NCBI GenBank assembly: GCA_002269645.1
Contig: NIVC01001525.1
Span: 1-64,000 of the forward strand
From: Macrostomum lignano
Taxonomy: Eukaryota
DNA: 64,000 nucleotides
Direction: 5' to 3'
In this document: one piece after another, positions 28,801-40,800 of the stretch
Layout: every line of letters begins with the position of its first letter
Position numbering within the stretch: the first letter of the stretch is position 1
The notes under the pieces: model-generated
What the model was told of the DNA's origin: nothing
Seen by the model: the letters and a program-made list of their open reading frames with translations, nothing else
The model's database searches: none
Program-made: the position numbers and the translations under genes

Positions 28801-31800
28801 TGCTGCCTGTGCCATTGTTGGCATCGTCTGATCGACGGCTGCTCGGCGAACTCGGCTCTGAGCTGTCGATTCGACAGGACTTCATTGGGCCAGTTGTAGC
28901 TAAGCACGTTTCTATCACGCCTTTGTCCTACGTTGGTCAGCCATTGCTGCAGATCGATATCCTGGGCTTTCCAATTGGTAATAATTTAAAAAGAGAAGCG
29001 TGGTATGTTTAATGTTTTAAGCACATCTCAAAATTGAATTTACAGAATGTCCAGAGATCCCTAGTGACGATAAAAGCGTTCATAATTCGCGCCCAAGTCG
29101 ATGGAACATTGAATTCAAGAAGCCTTTTCACCTGACTAACATGACGGTTGAAGCTAAAAACTGCTCGACATCCGAGATTCTTTCTGTTTCGTGGGGCGGG
29201 CTTTGGTCACGGAGCTGGGATCTCACAGGGGTGAGCAAATTTCGCTTATTAGACATATATATTTCAAAAGCGCATGTGTGGAATCGCAAGAATGCATCGT
29301 GGCTAAGGCCACATGATGAGTCTGTCTATGGTAGCCCGTACTTTTCTTTAGACAGTTGGTTTTCTTGCAGCTCATAACAAAATACCTTATTTTATGAAAC
29401 CTCAGAACTTCAGCATCAGCAACGGAGTGACAAATCTGTGGCTCAACTCCAGCCTTCCAGCGACAATGGCTTTGATTGCGGCTTCAGAGGCTGCTTGCGA
29501 CATCGTAAAGCTACGCTTTTTTGGTTGTCAAACGGAAGGTATGCGAGCTAAGAACAAACTAAACGTATCGTAAGCAATCAGAGCAATTGTATTCACCAAT
29601 GCACAAGCGCACATTTGCAGAGTGCCCAGTGAACTACGCGTACTTCAGAGGTCGCTGCATCCTGTTTCACCCCGACTCCGCCAAGCCGCTTTCAAGGCGA
29701 TTCGCAAAATCACTCTGCTCGGATGTGGCTTGGCCCAACAAAGGTGGACTTTTCCTTCCGAGAGACTACAGAGACTATGCTGTCATGAAACTAGCGTTTG
29801 TGCAGTGGGCTCGGTAAGGTGGAAATTAATCTAGCTAAAAGTTTCAATTTATATTTAAAATATCAATACTGGAATTGCCTATCACAGAAAGCACCGGCCA
29901 ACTGCACTGCCTGAGCAGTTCAGCGTTCATCTCGGAGTTCGACGGAGCAACTCAACCCGATCGGAATGGACTGACGAGCTGACTGGATCGGAACTCTCGT
30001 GGAAACAGTGGGCTTATGGCTATCCGCAAGCCCATCAAGATTGCGCGACTTCGTCTCTAAGGGCTGAGAATTGGGTTTCTGCGAGCTGTGACTTTGTTTC
30101 GGCCTATGTGGTATGCGAAGTAGCCAATGGTAAGTGGTGTATCGTGAACTTTAGGATAATCAATTTCAATGCCAATGTTTTATTTTATTTATATCCTATA
30201 TACCAAAAATGAAAATCTTGTACGTTTGTTTGTTTGGCCATAAAGGCCATGCACTTGGTTGAAGTGAGGTAGAGAGCTAGAGGAAAAACACGGCTAATAA
30301 AAGCTGGCCACAGTTAATATATAGCATGAGCCTAAACTCTACTGTGGTAAATAAAAAAAGCCTCTAATATACTATTTGCTTGATCTACTCCATAGAGGAA
30401 GTAGATACTAGAATATCTCATCGTTAAAGTGTCCCTAATGGTAGAACTCAACTCAAGACTAAGCGTTCAAGAGCGATATTTAAAAACTTGGGAAGATTTC
30501 TGCAGTGACGACTTTCAAAGCAGCTGGTGGATCCGTGAAGACCCAATCGAAAGATGTGGTCTGGTGCTCCAAGAAGCTAAACAGGCCTACAGACGTTTTG
30601 AGATTGTGACGGATCATAAACCACTCAAGTTTATCGTCTTTTCGCCCAAAGATCTTCGGAAGATCTGGTGTCAGTGTACCAGTACAGCATCAAGGGTAAA
30701 AAACATGAGATACCTCATGCGGATGCCCTCTGAAGATTGCCTACGGATGGTTGTTTCAGAAGGGACAAATCGGCTACTGAAGTCGTGAGCAAAATAGCAA
30801 AATAGCTGCTCTGGACCTCGCTTTTTCGGATAAGTTGCCACTCACTGTGGATCGAATGGAGCAAGGGTTAACGGCAGACCAGGAACTCAAAGAGGTTATA
30901 CATACAATGCAAAAGGGCAAGGACCTACCGGAGCAATTTGCGAAAGTAGGCTGAGCTGCAAGGAACATGTGCTGCTGTTGGATCAGCGTAGCTCGTATTC
31001 TTACGCCAGTGAGATTGAGACCACAGATTATCAGATACCTGCACAGTGGCTTTTCTCGATATTTGAGTGAAACAGTCCAGGACATGCCAGCAAATGAGAC
31101 CATCAAAGAAACCTGCATTGAAGCCTTGACAGGTACCAAAAGCGACATGGTCAAGACTACATGCTTACTTAGGACAGCTGGACGGAAGCAACTTCCTAGT
31201 CATTGCTGATGCCAAACAGACTCTGGTTATTAAGGTGCTGCGTCGGACATATTTCAACTACGGAGTTCCTGACGTGCTTGTCACTGACAAATGAAGGTAG
31301 CTCGTTGCTAGTGATACGGAAGCTTTGGCTCAAAATAATGGGTGCTTTGCACCTAAATCAGGTGGCTGAAGGTGAAGCTGAAGCAGCTGAGCGAGGTAGA
31401 TCCGGAGATTTGCAAGCAACAGGCACTCTATGGTCGTCGCGTCTACCCCAGAAACCTAGCAGCGGCACATTGTCAGGAGATGATTAGATGCAGCTTCAAA
31501 AATTGAATGACGCTAATGTATCGGCGGTCATATGAGAAAACCACTGCAATAGAGAGTGAAGAGAAAGTTGATGCAAGAGGCGGTGGAAGACGAGCTACAT
31601 CTGGTGGCCTGCGGACCAGTCATTGAATGAACAAGGCCAATCCTTAAGCCCTTTTTATTTATCACAGTGGTGTCTCCATGACTGCTATATACGCGGTCAT
31701 AGTTCTTTCGGCCAGCGTTTCTTAGCTGGCTTTTTTCCACATTTGTTTTTTTTTCCTAAAGAAATTTAAAATACTGACTCTAACACTGATATACGAACTC

Positions 31801-34800
31801 ATACAAGGATACGGATACTTTAAGTTCTATTTAACGAAATGAAATAGCTGCATATCCAGCTACTCATGCGTAAGCGGCCTCTAATAAACACATTTGCTGC
31901 GATAGAAACATGAAACACTAGTTTCACGGGCAGCGTTCGCCGCAACACAAAACATAGTTTTCAATGTGGTATTTTTGCGTTTTAAAAAGGCAATACTCGT
32001 AGCAGTAAATTTTACCAAAAGGTTTCTACGCATTTTAGGTTCCCGATTGAGCCGCCAGTGCAGGGAACCTCAGTACAACATAAAGTACAACGTGACTACT
32101 TCCATGTCAGCAACATTGAAAAAGCAGTCAGTTTTGATCTGCCTCAGGCAATCGTGTCCTGTCAAATCGATCCCGTTTTGTGCCACTCCATTCAGATGGC
32201 ATCCGATGCGGAAATTGTATTGTCGGGTGAATATGCCAATCACAGCAACTCCAGTGGGCCTGAAGCAAGCCGCACGTTTCTTATTGAACAACTGTGCTTA
32301 GGTAATGAATTTACTACTAGCGTAGTATATGAAATAAGCAATTGTATAGATTTTCTGTATTTACTTGCAGATCTCTGTTCTGAAATGGACCTTCTCAGCA
32401 CCGGAGTAGCGCAAGCTCTAGTGCGATCTGATAGCACACACTCAACAGTACCCATTGATCGAATCCGAATGACTCAACCTGCTGTGGTTGCTGATGCTGC
32501 TGTCAGCGCTACAGAAGTTACGGTATGTAGTGGAGTAGGAATGTTGCCATAGATGTTTCTATCCCTTGCATCCTCAGCCTCTTGCATCCTCGTTCAATCA
32601 ACTTACCTGCAGATCAAATTCAGCCAACCAGTTTTGGTAGTGGCTATGTCCGTTTTGGGCCCTGGTCTTCGAATTACTGATTTGTCTGGACAGCCTAAAA
32701 CTTTCACTGAGCTGAAAGTGGATATTTTAGATCAAAGTACCGGAAGTTTCGTGACGGAAAGCGTCAGTTTTAACAGCGTAATGACAATTTTATTGTGTGC
32801 TAGTGCAAGGCGAGTATATGGTTCATTTCTTTGCTGTTTACTCATCCAGAGCTTATCATCTTCTATTTTAGCAATCTCCGCTGGATGCTCAAGGTCAGCC
32901 TTACCTGCTGAAGTTTCGCAAAATCATTGTCACTCGTCACGTCAGAGCATTTCCCCAACCTCGTGTGGCCATCAAGCTTGAGCTTTTTGGATGCGTCCTG
33001 GATCTGGGGGAGTTCAGTTGCGTCAACAAAACCAGCCTCAGCATTCTTTCGCGCCACGTGCGCTGCTTTGGAAACTGGCCTGTCGTGTACTGGAATTTCG
33101 ACACGAAATTTCAAATGAACCAATCAATTTTGAGATACTCTGGCGGCTTCTGGAGCAGTCAATTCAATGAGTCTGAGTCTAACTCATCATGGACTGGACT
33201 CAACGCTATTTCACTTTTGTCTCTGGTGTCTCAGTGGCGTCTTAGGATCGATGCCTGGCTTCAGGACGGCCGGTTCAGATACATCGAATGCTTTGTCTTC
33301 AGAGTGGCTCAGAAAGTTGATAGATTCATGCTCAGAGTCTCTGACTGCGATGGAGGTGACTTCAATGGCTCTGCATTTCAGGCTCTGAATGGCAGCAGCT
33401 TCTCAGCCCGTGACTCTGGGGACAAAGCGGACGCAGCAATCGCTTCTGGCAGCGGATGGTGGTTTGGAAGCGATTCTGCAGCACCGAAAATGACCGGATC
33501 TGGAACGGATGGAGCTGATGATGTCATGCAATGGGCTGGCGGAGAAGAGATCTCTGCGGTGCAAATGAGAATTTTGCAGCTAACTGAAATTGAAACAGGT
33601 GAGCATCGAATTCGGTTTACTGCATAACGAATTACCCGTCAAACCAATCAATCACGACCTTCATCAATGTTACTTCAGCTGCTGCATACGACTCGGGCTG
33701 TTTCTCCGATGCCAGCTGCACTCTCTCGAATCACACAGTCTGCAAAGCGTGGCAGGGCAACCGAACTTTGGCTTGTCTCTGCCGAATCGGATACAGATGG
33801 CACAGAGGTCGCTGCAAGCCAGGTTAGCATTTCTAACTAACCTTTGATTCAAATAACAAGCTTTAGTGTACTCAACAACATTGAAAAGTCGTTACCTTTG
33901 AGAGGTATTGACTTTTGAGTGACGTAACTTGCGCCACGCGACGCAAAGTTGGGCTGGGTGAGGAGGGGTTGGGAAGAGCGGAGGACTGAATTGGATGGAT
34001 TGAAGCTTCCGCCCGGTTTTCATTGTTTCTCAAGCATTTTTAACTATAAAAATGGTTTGACAGATGATAGACACTGGTAAAAAGACATTGCTCACTGGGG
34101 CAAAGGGTGGCGACTTTTCAATTTTGCTGAGTATAGATATTTTTGCGCAATTTAAGCAATTAAACCTTAATTTTCAGAGGTAGACATGGCAATTAGAAGC
34201 TCGTTAGCACAGGCTCCATATCTCGTCAGGCATGAGCAATCAACGGTTACATGGCAGCTGCGTCTACAAGCCGTAAGCGGAGTCAGTGGCTTTCCATCAG
34301 CGACTCAACCAAATTTAAGATTCTTCATCGGTGCAGAGGCACCAAATGCGACGCAGTTCGAAATGCACGCAGTGAAATCAGGTGCCGCCAGTGCTGGATG
34401 GGACATCGGTCAGGAGGAGGACCTCAAGTTGAACGGATCCATCGTTCTTCCATCTGGAAGCCGATGCCTCGATATCAACCGGCTTTGCATCACCGTCTCG
34501 GCTGACCTTGACGCAGCCTTTGTGGAGGCAGACGAGAGGGACAACTGTGTTTGTGAGCTTGTGGTGCCCATTTGCCAGCCGGAAATAGATGTTTCGCTGG
34601 TGCTAAAACCATTCCAGACAGTCATTACCAGAGGTGTCGCTGGCCAGCTCTCTCTCACTGCGGAGGTAACTGCCACTAACGCTGCTCCTCACGATATTGC
34701 TGAGGTTCAGGATACCGACTCAAACTTTGTGCTTAAGTCAGTGCTATCAAGGAGCAACTGTTCGATTCAAACAGCTGACTGTATTACAGCAGACACCACT

Positions 34801-37800
34801 GTGATGCTAGTGATGGTTGGCGATGGAGATGCAGCTGTGAGACAAAATGGAGTCGTCAGGGGCTCAGCAATGCTAGTTCCGTAAGTATCTATTTAGAAAT
34901 TCCAAAAAATATTGTTAATTTCATTAATATTTTCTCTTTCAGAATAAACACAACCGAAATTGTACTGAACCTGAGCGTTTGCGAGGCATCGCGCTACATC
35001 TGCGTTACAGTTGAAGCTGGAACCAACGCGAGCTACAAAGACCTTGCGCTCGAAAACAACTTGCAATGTACTCCGATTTCCTTGAACTGTACGCCTTATG
35101 CGGATGTGAGCATGGCCAACTCATTAACCTTCGTGGCTAATGGCAGTTGGCTGTCACAATACCCAGCCTTGCTTGTAGTCGATCACTCGTTTTATCTGCA
35201 ATCTGGAGTTCCAGTAGAGCCCGTGCCGGCTGGAACAAATCGCACAAACTTTGAGTTTCAATTATTTCTAACAGACGAAAACTCAACTCTCCGTGTGCCA
35301 TCATTAAGGACTGCAGTTTGTGACGAGGCTGAGAAGCGACAGGGACTCACCCACAACGCGACTGTGACGTGTCAATACATGTTCAACGTGTCGAAGACTG
35401 TGTGTCCCATGCTCAGTCTGCTATGCTCAGAACTGTTAATTGGCTCAGGCGCTTCTTACACCCAGTCTGTACCAGCAAACAATATTCGATGCAGTTCTCT
35501 AGCAGACAGAATTTCTTGCCGCGACTCTCCAATAACCAACTTTTCCTGCTCATCTCTGACACAACTGATTCTGGAATTTAACTCAACAGTTCAACTGCAG
35601 CTTAGTTGGTCATCTGGGTCTGCAATTCAAACGAATGTCACATTCGAAAGAGTTGGTTCCGTTGTTTGGAACTGGAACACAGCAGGTCACGTGCACAGCT
35701 TTGCGTCATATATACAGTCTATTTCGTTTGATTTTACCGATCACGTTGGACACTTTAATGTTTCCTGCGATGCTTGGAACGACGCTGGTTTCGTCTCAAA
35801 GCAGCTGGAGTTAGAAGTTGTTCCAGATCTGAGTAGCATTCTAAGCGTAACGCTTCCGGCTGTAGAAACTCCCGCGCCTGTCAAACAGAACCTTACATTT
35901 CGAATGCTGTATGGCAGCGATATTTCTGCCACAGAATACTCCTGTCTGCTTCAGACAAAATATTTAGAAGTGAATTTTACGGATCTAACTCTGAAGAGGA
36001 GCGAGCCACTGTTCGTTCCTATAGAGTTCCTAACCGATGTTCCATTTTTGTTATTAAATGTCTCCTGCTGGAACGCCCTGTCGGTCAGAAATAATTCTCT
36101 CTACGTCATCCTGCAGCAAAACATTACCGGCTTGCGATTGGAGGTCTCACAGCTGCTGCGAACTTATCAGTTTGGTTATTTAATGATCTCAGCTGAAACT
36201 GGCTCCCACGTAAATTTTCTGGTCAGCTTTAGCAACGGCAGTACACTCGATATTAATTCAAACCAGTCAGTGCATGCTCCCACACAGCTCAACCTGTCAC
36301 TTCTGTTTTCGAGTCCCGGAGTTCACACGATAGAAGTCACTGCTACGAATTTCCACACCCATGCAGCTCAATCAGCAATTGTCATTGTTCAAGAGCCAGT
36401 AAGCAACCTTACAGTGTCTGCTCCGCCGTTTGTGAATGACTCACAACTCGGCCTGACTGCCCAAGTTGGCTTTCTTCAGCGAATGCCTACAAACGCCTCG
36501 TGCAATGCAACATTCGGGAAGCAAAGCAGAACATGGAATGTGGAATCGCTCACGATCGAATTGAACTTCACCTGCCAGGCTGAAATCACAGCGAGACCTT
36601 GGAATCTCACGCTCAGCTGCTCAAACCTGGTGAGCTATGAAGAAACCCATACTACTGTATTCTGTCAGCAAAGCATTCAAGGAGCAAGAGTCTTTGGACC
36701 AGTGGCTCATCCGGCTGGCAGTGAGCTCAGTCTAAAACTCAGCTTTGATCGAGGCTCAAATATCCTTGTTGTGACACATCTCGGCGACTCCGATATAAAG
36801 AATATGTCCCTTCTGTTTGGTAGCACACAATTTATAAATCACACCTATGCAGACGCGGGGAACTACACCGTCAGAGTACTGCTCTACAATCAGGTCAGCA
36901 TAGTAGAGCTCTTGTTCGGACCAATAGTTGTTCAGGAAACTATTGCGAATGTCGAAATTCGATACCCGCACACAGTGCTGTACACTCCAGCAATTGTCAA
37001 CTTCAGCTTAAGTGGACCAGCATACAGAAATGTTCACTGTCAGTTCAGATTTTCAAAGTTTGGCTCAGGCTATCTATATATTCCCCAACTCAATGAATCT
37101 GCTTTGTTCGAGCGCAGCTTCCCTCGCGAAGCGCTTGGAGCCTGGAACTTTTCGGTGAACTGCTCCAATATGGTCTCGTCGTGGCTAAAAATTCTGCCAG
37201 TGTTCATTGAGCTGGATGCCGTCATCATTGAAAATTTACAGCCAAACGGTACTGCGTTCTACACTAACGCTTCTTATATGACCCTAAATATAGCCAGGTT
37301 TGGCACCCACGGCTGCTTTGTTGTCAACTTTGGTGACAACTCTTCTGGTGAATCTTTCGGTGCTGCAGATCTGTGCGCACCGTATAGTATGCGAGTTGGT
37401 GCCAATTTCACTAAACTACCTTATGATACTCGGATAGTGCATCTTCAGCATACGTATCCGGCAATCGGTGAATATATAGCCACTGCTTTGGCGTTCAACC
37501 ATGTTAGCAACGACACGGCTCAGTGCTCCATCATTGTCAACGACTGGTACTGCGAGCGTCCGCTCATCAACTTCACTGTCAACGGAATCCTGGTGAATCT
37601 CACTGACCCTACTGAACTCCCGCCAGAGATCATGAGGTCATCCGATGTAATCATCGAAGCCCTTCCGTTCATAAACTGCTCAAAAACATCCATCACAATT
37701 TGTTCCTGGTCAATAAAAGATTCGGCAGGAAATGAGCAGAACCATTTGTCATATCATGATTCGTTTACTTTCAACATCTCGAGGCTTAGTCTATGGTACG

Positions 37801-40800
37801 GAAAGTACAGAGTGTCACTCAATGTATCGATGTCGGGCGTTCAGCCTCCAGTGTGGTCAACCTCACAGCTGACTATCAACATTGTCAAGACGCCGATTAA
37901 GGTGTCCCGTATCGACGGGCCAGAAGTTGCGGCTTACAACAGCACGCTAAGCCTAAGTGTTGCAAACTCTACTCGCGACTTTGATGTCAGCGAGGGAAAT
38001 CTTACTGGCTTCAAATTTTACTGGGCGTGTTGGAGAGATGGATTGGAGGAGCCTCCAAAAGTTGACATGCTGCTGCCGAACATCACTGCACCATTAGTTT
38101 CCAATTCCAAAGTCTTTACTGGCTGCTATGGAAATGGTATCGGCCTCATCCATAGTGGGAGTGCAGCTACCATAGAAATTAACACCTATCACATGCTTCC
38201 AAACCACTCTTATGCCGTTCGAGTCACAGCCCAGAAAGACAGTCGCCAAGATGCCGCAATTTTGAATTTGTTAATTCGGCTACAGCCCGCGGCCATTCTA
38301 AGCATAAGGTAGAAAATATCATGTCCGAGTTAATATATGCTACCAATCTGACATGTATTGCTGCTCATTATCTCTGATTACAATCATTCCATTTCAGCTG
38401 CATCAAAAACTGCGACAAGAAAGTGAAGGCTTCGAGAGAGCTGCTTTATCAGGTTTCTTGTGTTCAGTTCTGTGGAACGAAATTCTCGAATGTTACATTT
38501 TCTTGGATAATAAGGCTCACGACTGATACTTTACCTCAGAGCAAGTTATTTGCTGGTAATTCATCTTTAATTGATATTCCCAGCAGTTCCCTCATCGAGG
38601 GTGGCGTTTACTTTTTGACGGTTCAAGGATCCTGCAAATGGTGTGACGGAGATACCTTAATAACGACCGCCCTCGTCGTGAACATTGCACCATCTGGAGG
38701 CAACTGCACTGTTGCTCCGCTGCAGGGATTTGCAATGGTGACAAAGTTTCAGATCTCCTGCTTTGACTGGAAAGAGTTTAACGTCACAGTCAGTCAATTA
38801 AACTACGAGTTCCGGGTGCGCCAGAAAGGCAGCAGGCGCAGCATTTTGCTGTTCAGCAGCTCCATATCGACCTCGCCGCTGGTTTTCTTTCCAGTTGGAT
38901 CAGAGACCGACGAATATCGGGAAGAGATTGTCGTGGCTGTTTCCGACAGCCTTGGAGACTCAAGAAATTTCGTATTTCAACTGCAGGTAGGTGTTTTATC
39001 TGGAGTATTGCTGAAATGTTCCTGCTACCGCACTTGAACTTCTTACTGACACTTTAGGTGTTTCCGCCACCTGTACCTGCTGAACAGCTAATCACCAACA
39101 TCAGCTCAATTTTCAATGGAGAAAACGACGAGCTTACAAAATTCCTGGACACTGGAAACCAGCAGGCAGCTTCCACGACTCTCATTTGCGTGGTGTCAGT
39201 TATGAACTCGCGTAACGATGATGCCGAAAGTGCCAATGCGAGTCAGTCGCTTAGGGAATTTTTCACCGAACAAATGTCTCAGGTAGGACAGATTTAGGAA
39301 TGAAAGCAAGCAGCTTAAACATATACGGCATCTGTAAATATTCCTTTCAATCTGAAAATTTTCAGCTCAGAACTCGCTACGTCAGCATCGTCAGTCAGTT
39401 TGCTGTAAACACAACCAACTCACTTGAGCAGACTAGTGAGCTGCTTAGAAGTGGAGCCGCCGAAAATCGAGTCACTCAGCTAGACATGACAGCTCAGGTA
39501 TTTAGTTATTAATTGTGTTTTCAAAAAATTTCTTAAAATAAAAATAATAACGAAATCATATAACTTGTTGGGAATGAGTAAGCGGGTAAGTCTTTCTTAT
39601 ACTCGTAAAAAAACAAATAGATTTTAGACTAAGTAATATAGGCAGAGAGCCAAAGCCAACTTACCTCTAGATTTCCTGTCTAAACATCGGAATGTACGTG
39701 TCAGGGGGATTCAAATGCTTCGCTTATTTTATTACATCATCGGCGCTGCCTCTGCCCCCAGCAAAATGTTCTAAGTAATTTGAAACACATCCCCCGCGAA
39801 CACCGTTCAGAACCTCAGCTCCGGAAAGCTAGCAGAAGTTTCACTAAAGTACAAGGAAATGCGACACAACTTGACAAATGATGGCCGTTCGCTCATGGCC
39901 GAAGGTTAGTAAAAAACTGAATTAGATGAATATAGTGAAGACTGTTCTCTAATTTGAGCAAATTTACCCTTTTAGACCTGGTACTGACAGGATCTAACAT
40001 CTGGCTGGCATCCAGCCTCTCAATGAGGGCGGCAGAGCTGGCTGACAACAGCAGCTGCGAGTCCATAAGCTGCAACAGCAGCCTCGCTGAAACAAGACAA
40101 ATGCTGCGTACCGTGCTTGAGAAAGCCATCGACTCAATCAGCAGCATAACCGAAGATTTAATCACCGATTCAAATCAATACGCGATTTCAAACAACTGGA
40201 TCTCGGCAGTGGGCAGTCGAGGTACCAATTTGAGCTTCGAGGCGCCTCAGGGCAGCGTACAGATCGATGAGCCACCCCCTAGTGACTGCAGCAATGACGG
40301 AGGCATCAAGGCTCTTCTATCCCGCAAGAACCCATTTTTATGGCACGAGTCCTCGGCCTCAGTAGCATCCAGTGTACTTACAACTCGCCAAACACTGTGC
40401 GATCAAAGTTTACCCTCAAATACATCCTCTCGGGTCAGGCGTTCCGCTGTCTCTCAAGCATTTGCGGCCTCTTTGCTCATGTCCGTGCCAGATCCAATCA
40501 GCATCAATGCGACACCGTCGGACAAATGGCTGCAGATTCAGCACTCGTTTTCCATAAACAGCAATCAGCGGGTGATAGTTTTCCTGCAGCCACTTCAGCA
40601 GGGGCAAACTTTTGACATATTTGTGGCATCAGGGACACCACCTAATCCTCAAAAACACTTGTTAAACTTCACCTTGCCCAGTAACAAGTCTGTTAACTCA
40701 CAAGAGTCAACACGAATTCTCATCACCCCTGGACTTCTAAACGCATCAGCTACCAACTACATCAGCGTCAGGCGTCACGGTTGCTCGAGAGACCCGACTG

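Noticed and set aside
31966-32301. 111-aa ORF as the true exon frame
   Set aside because: It ends in a stop at the donor; the other frame matches the phase of the next exon.
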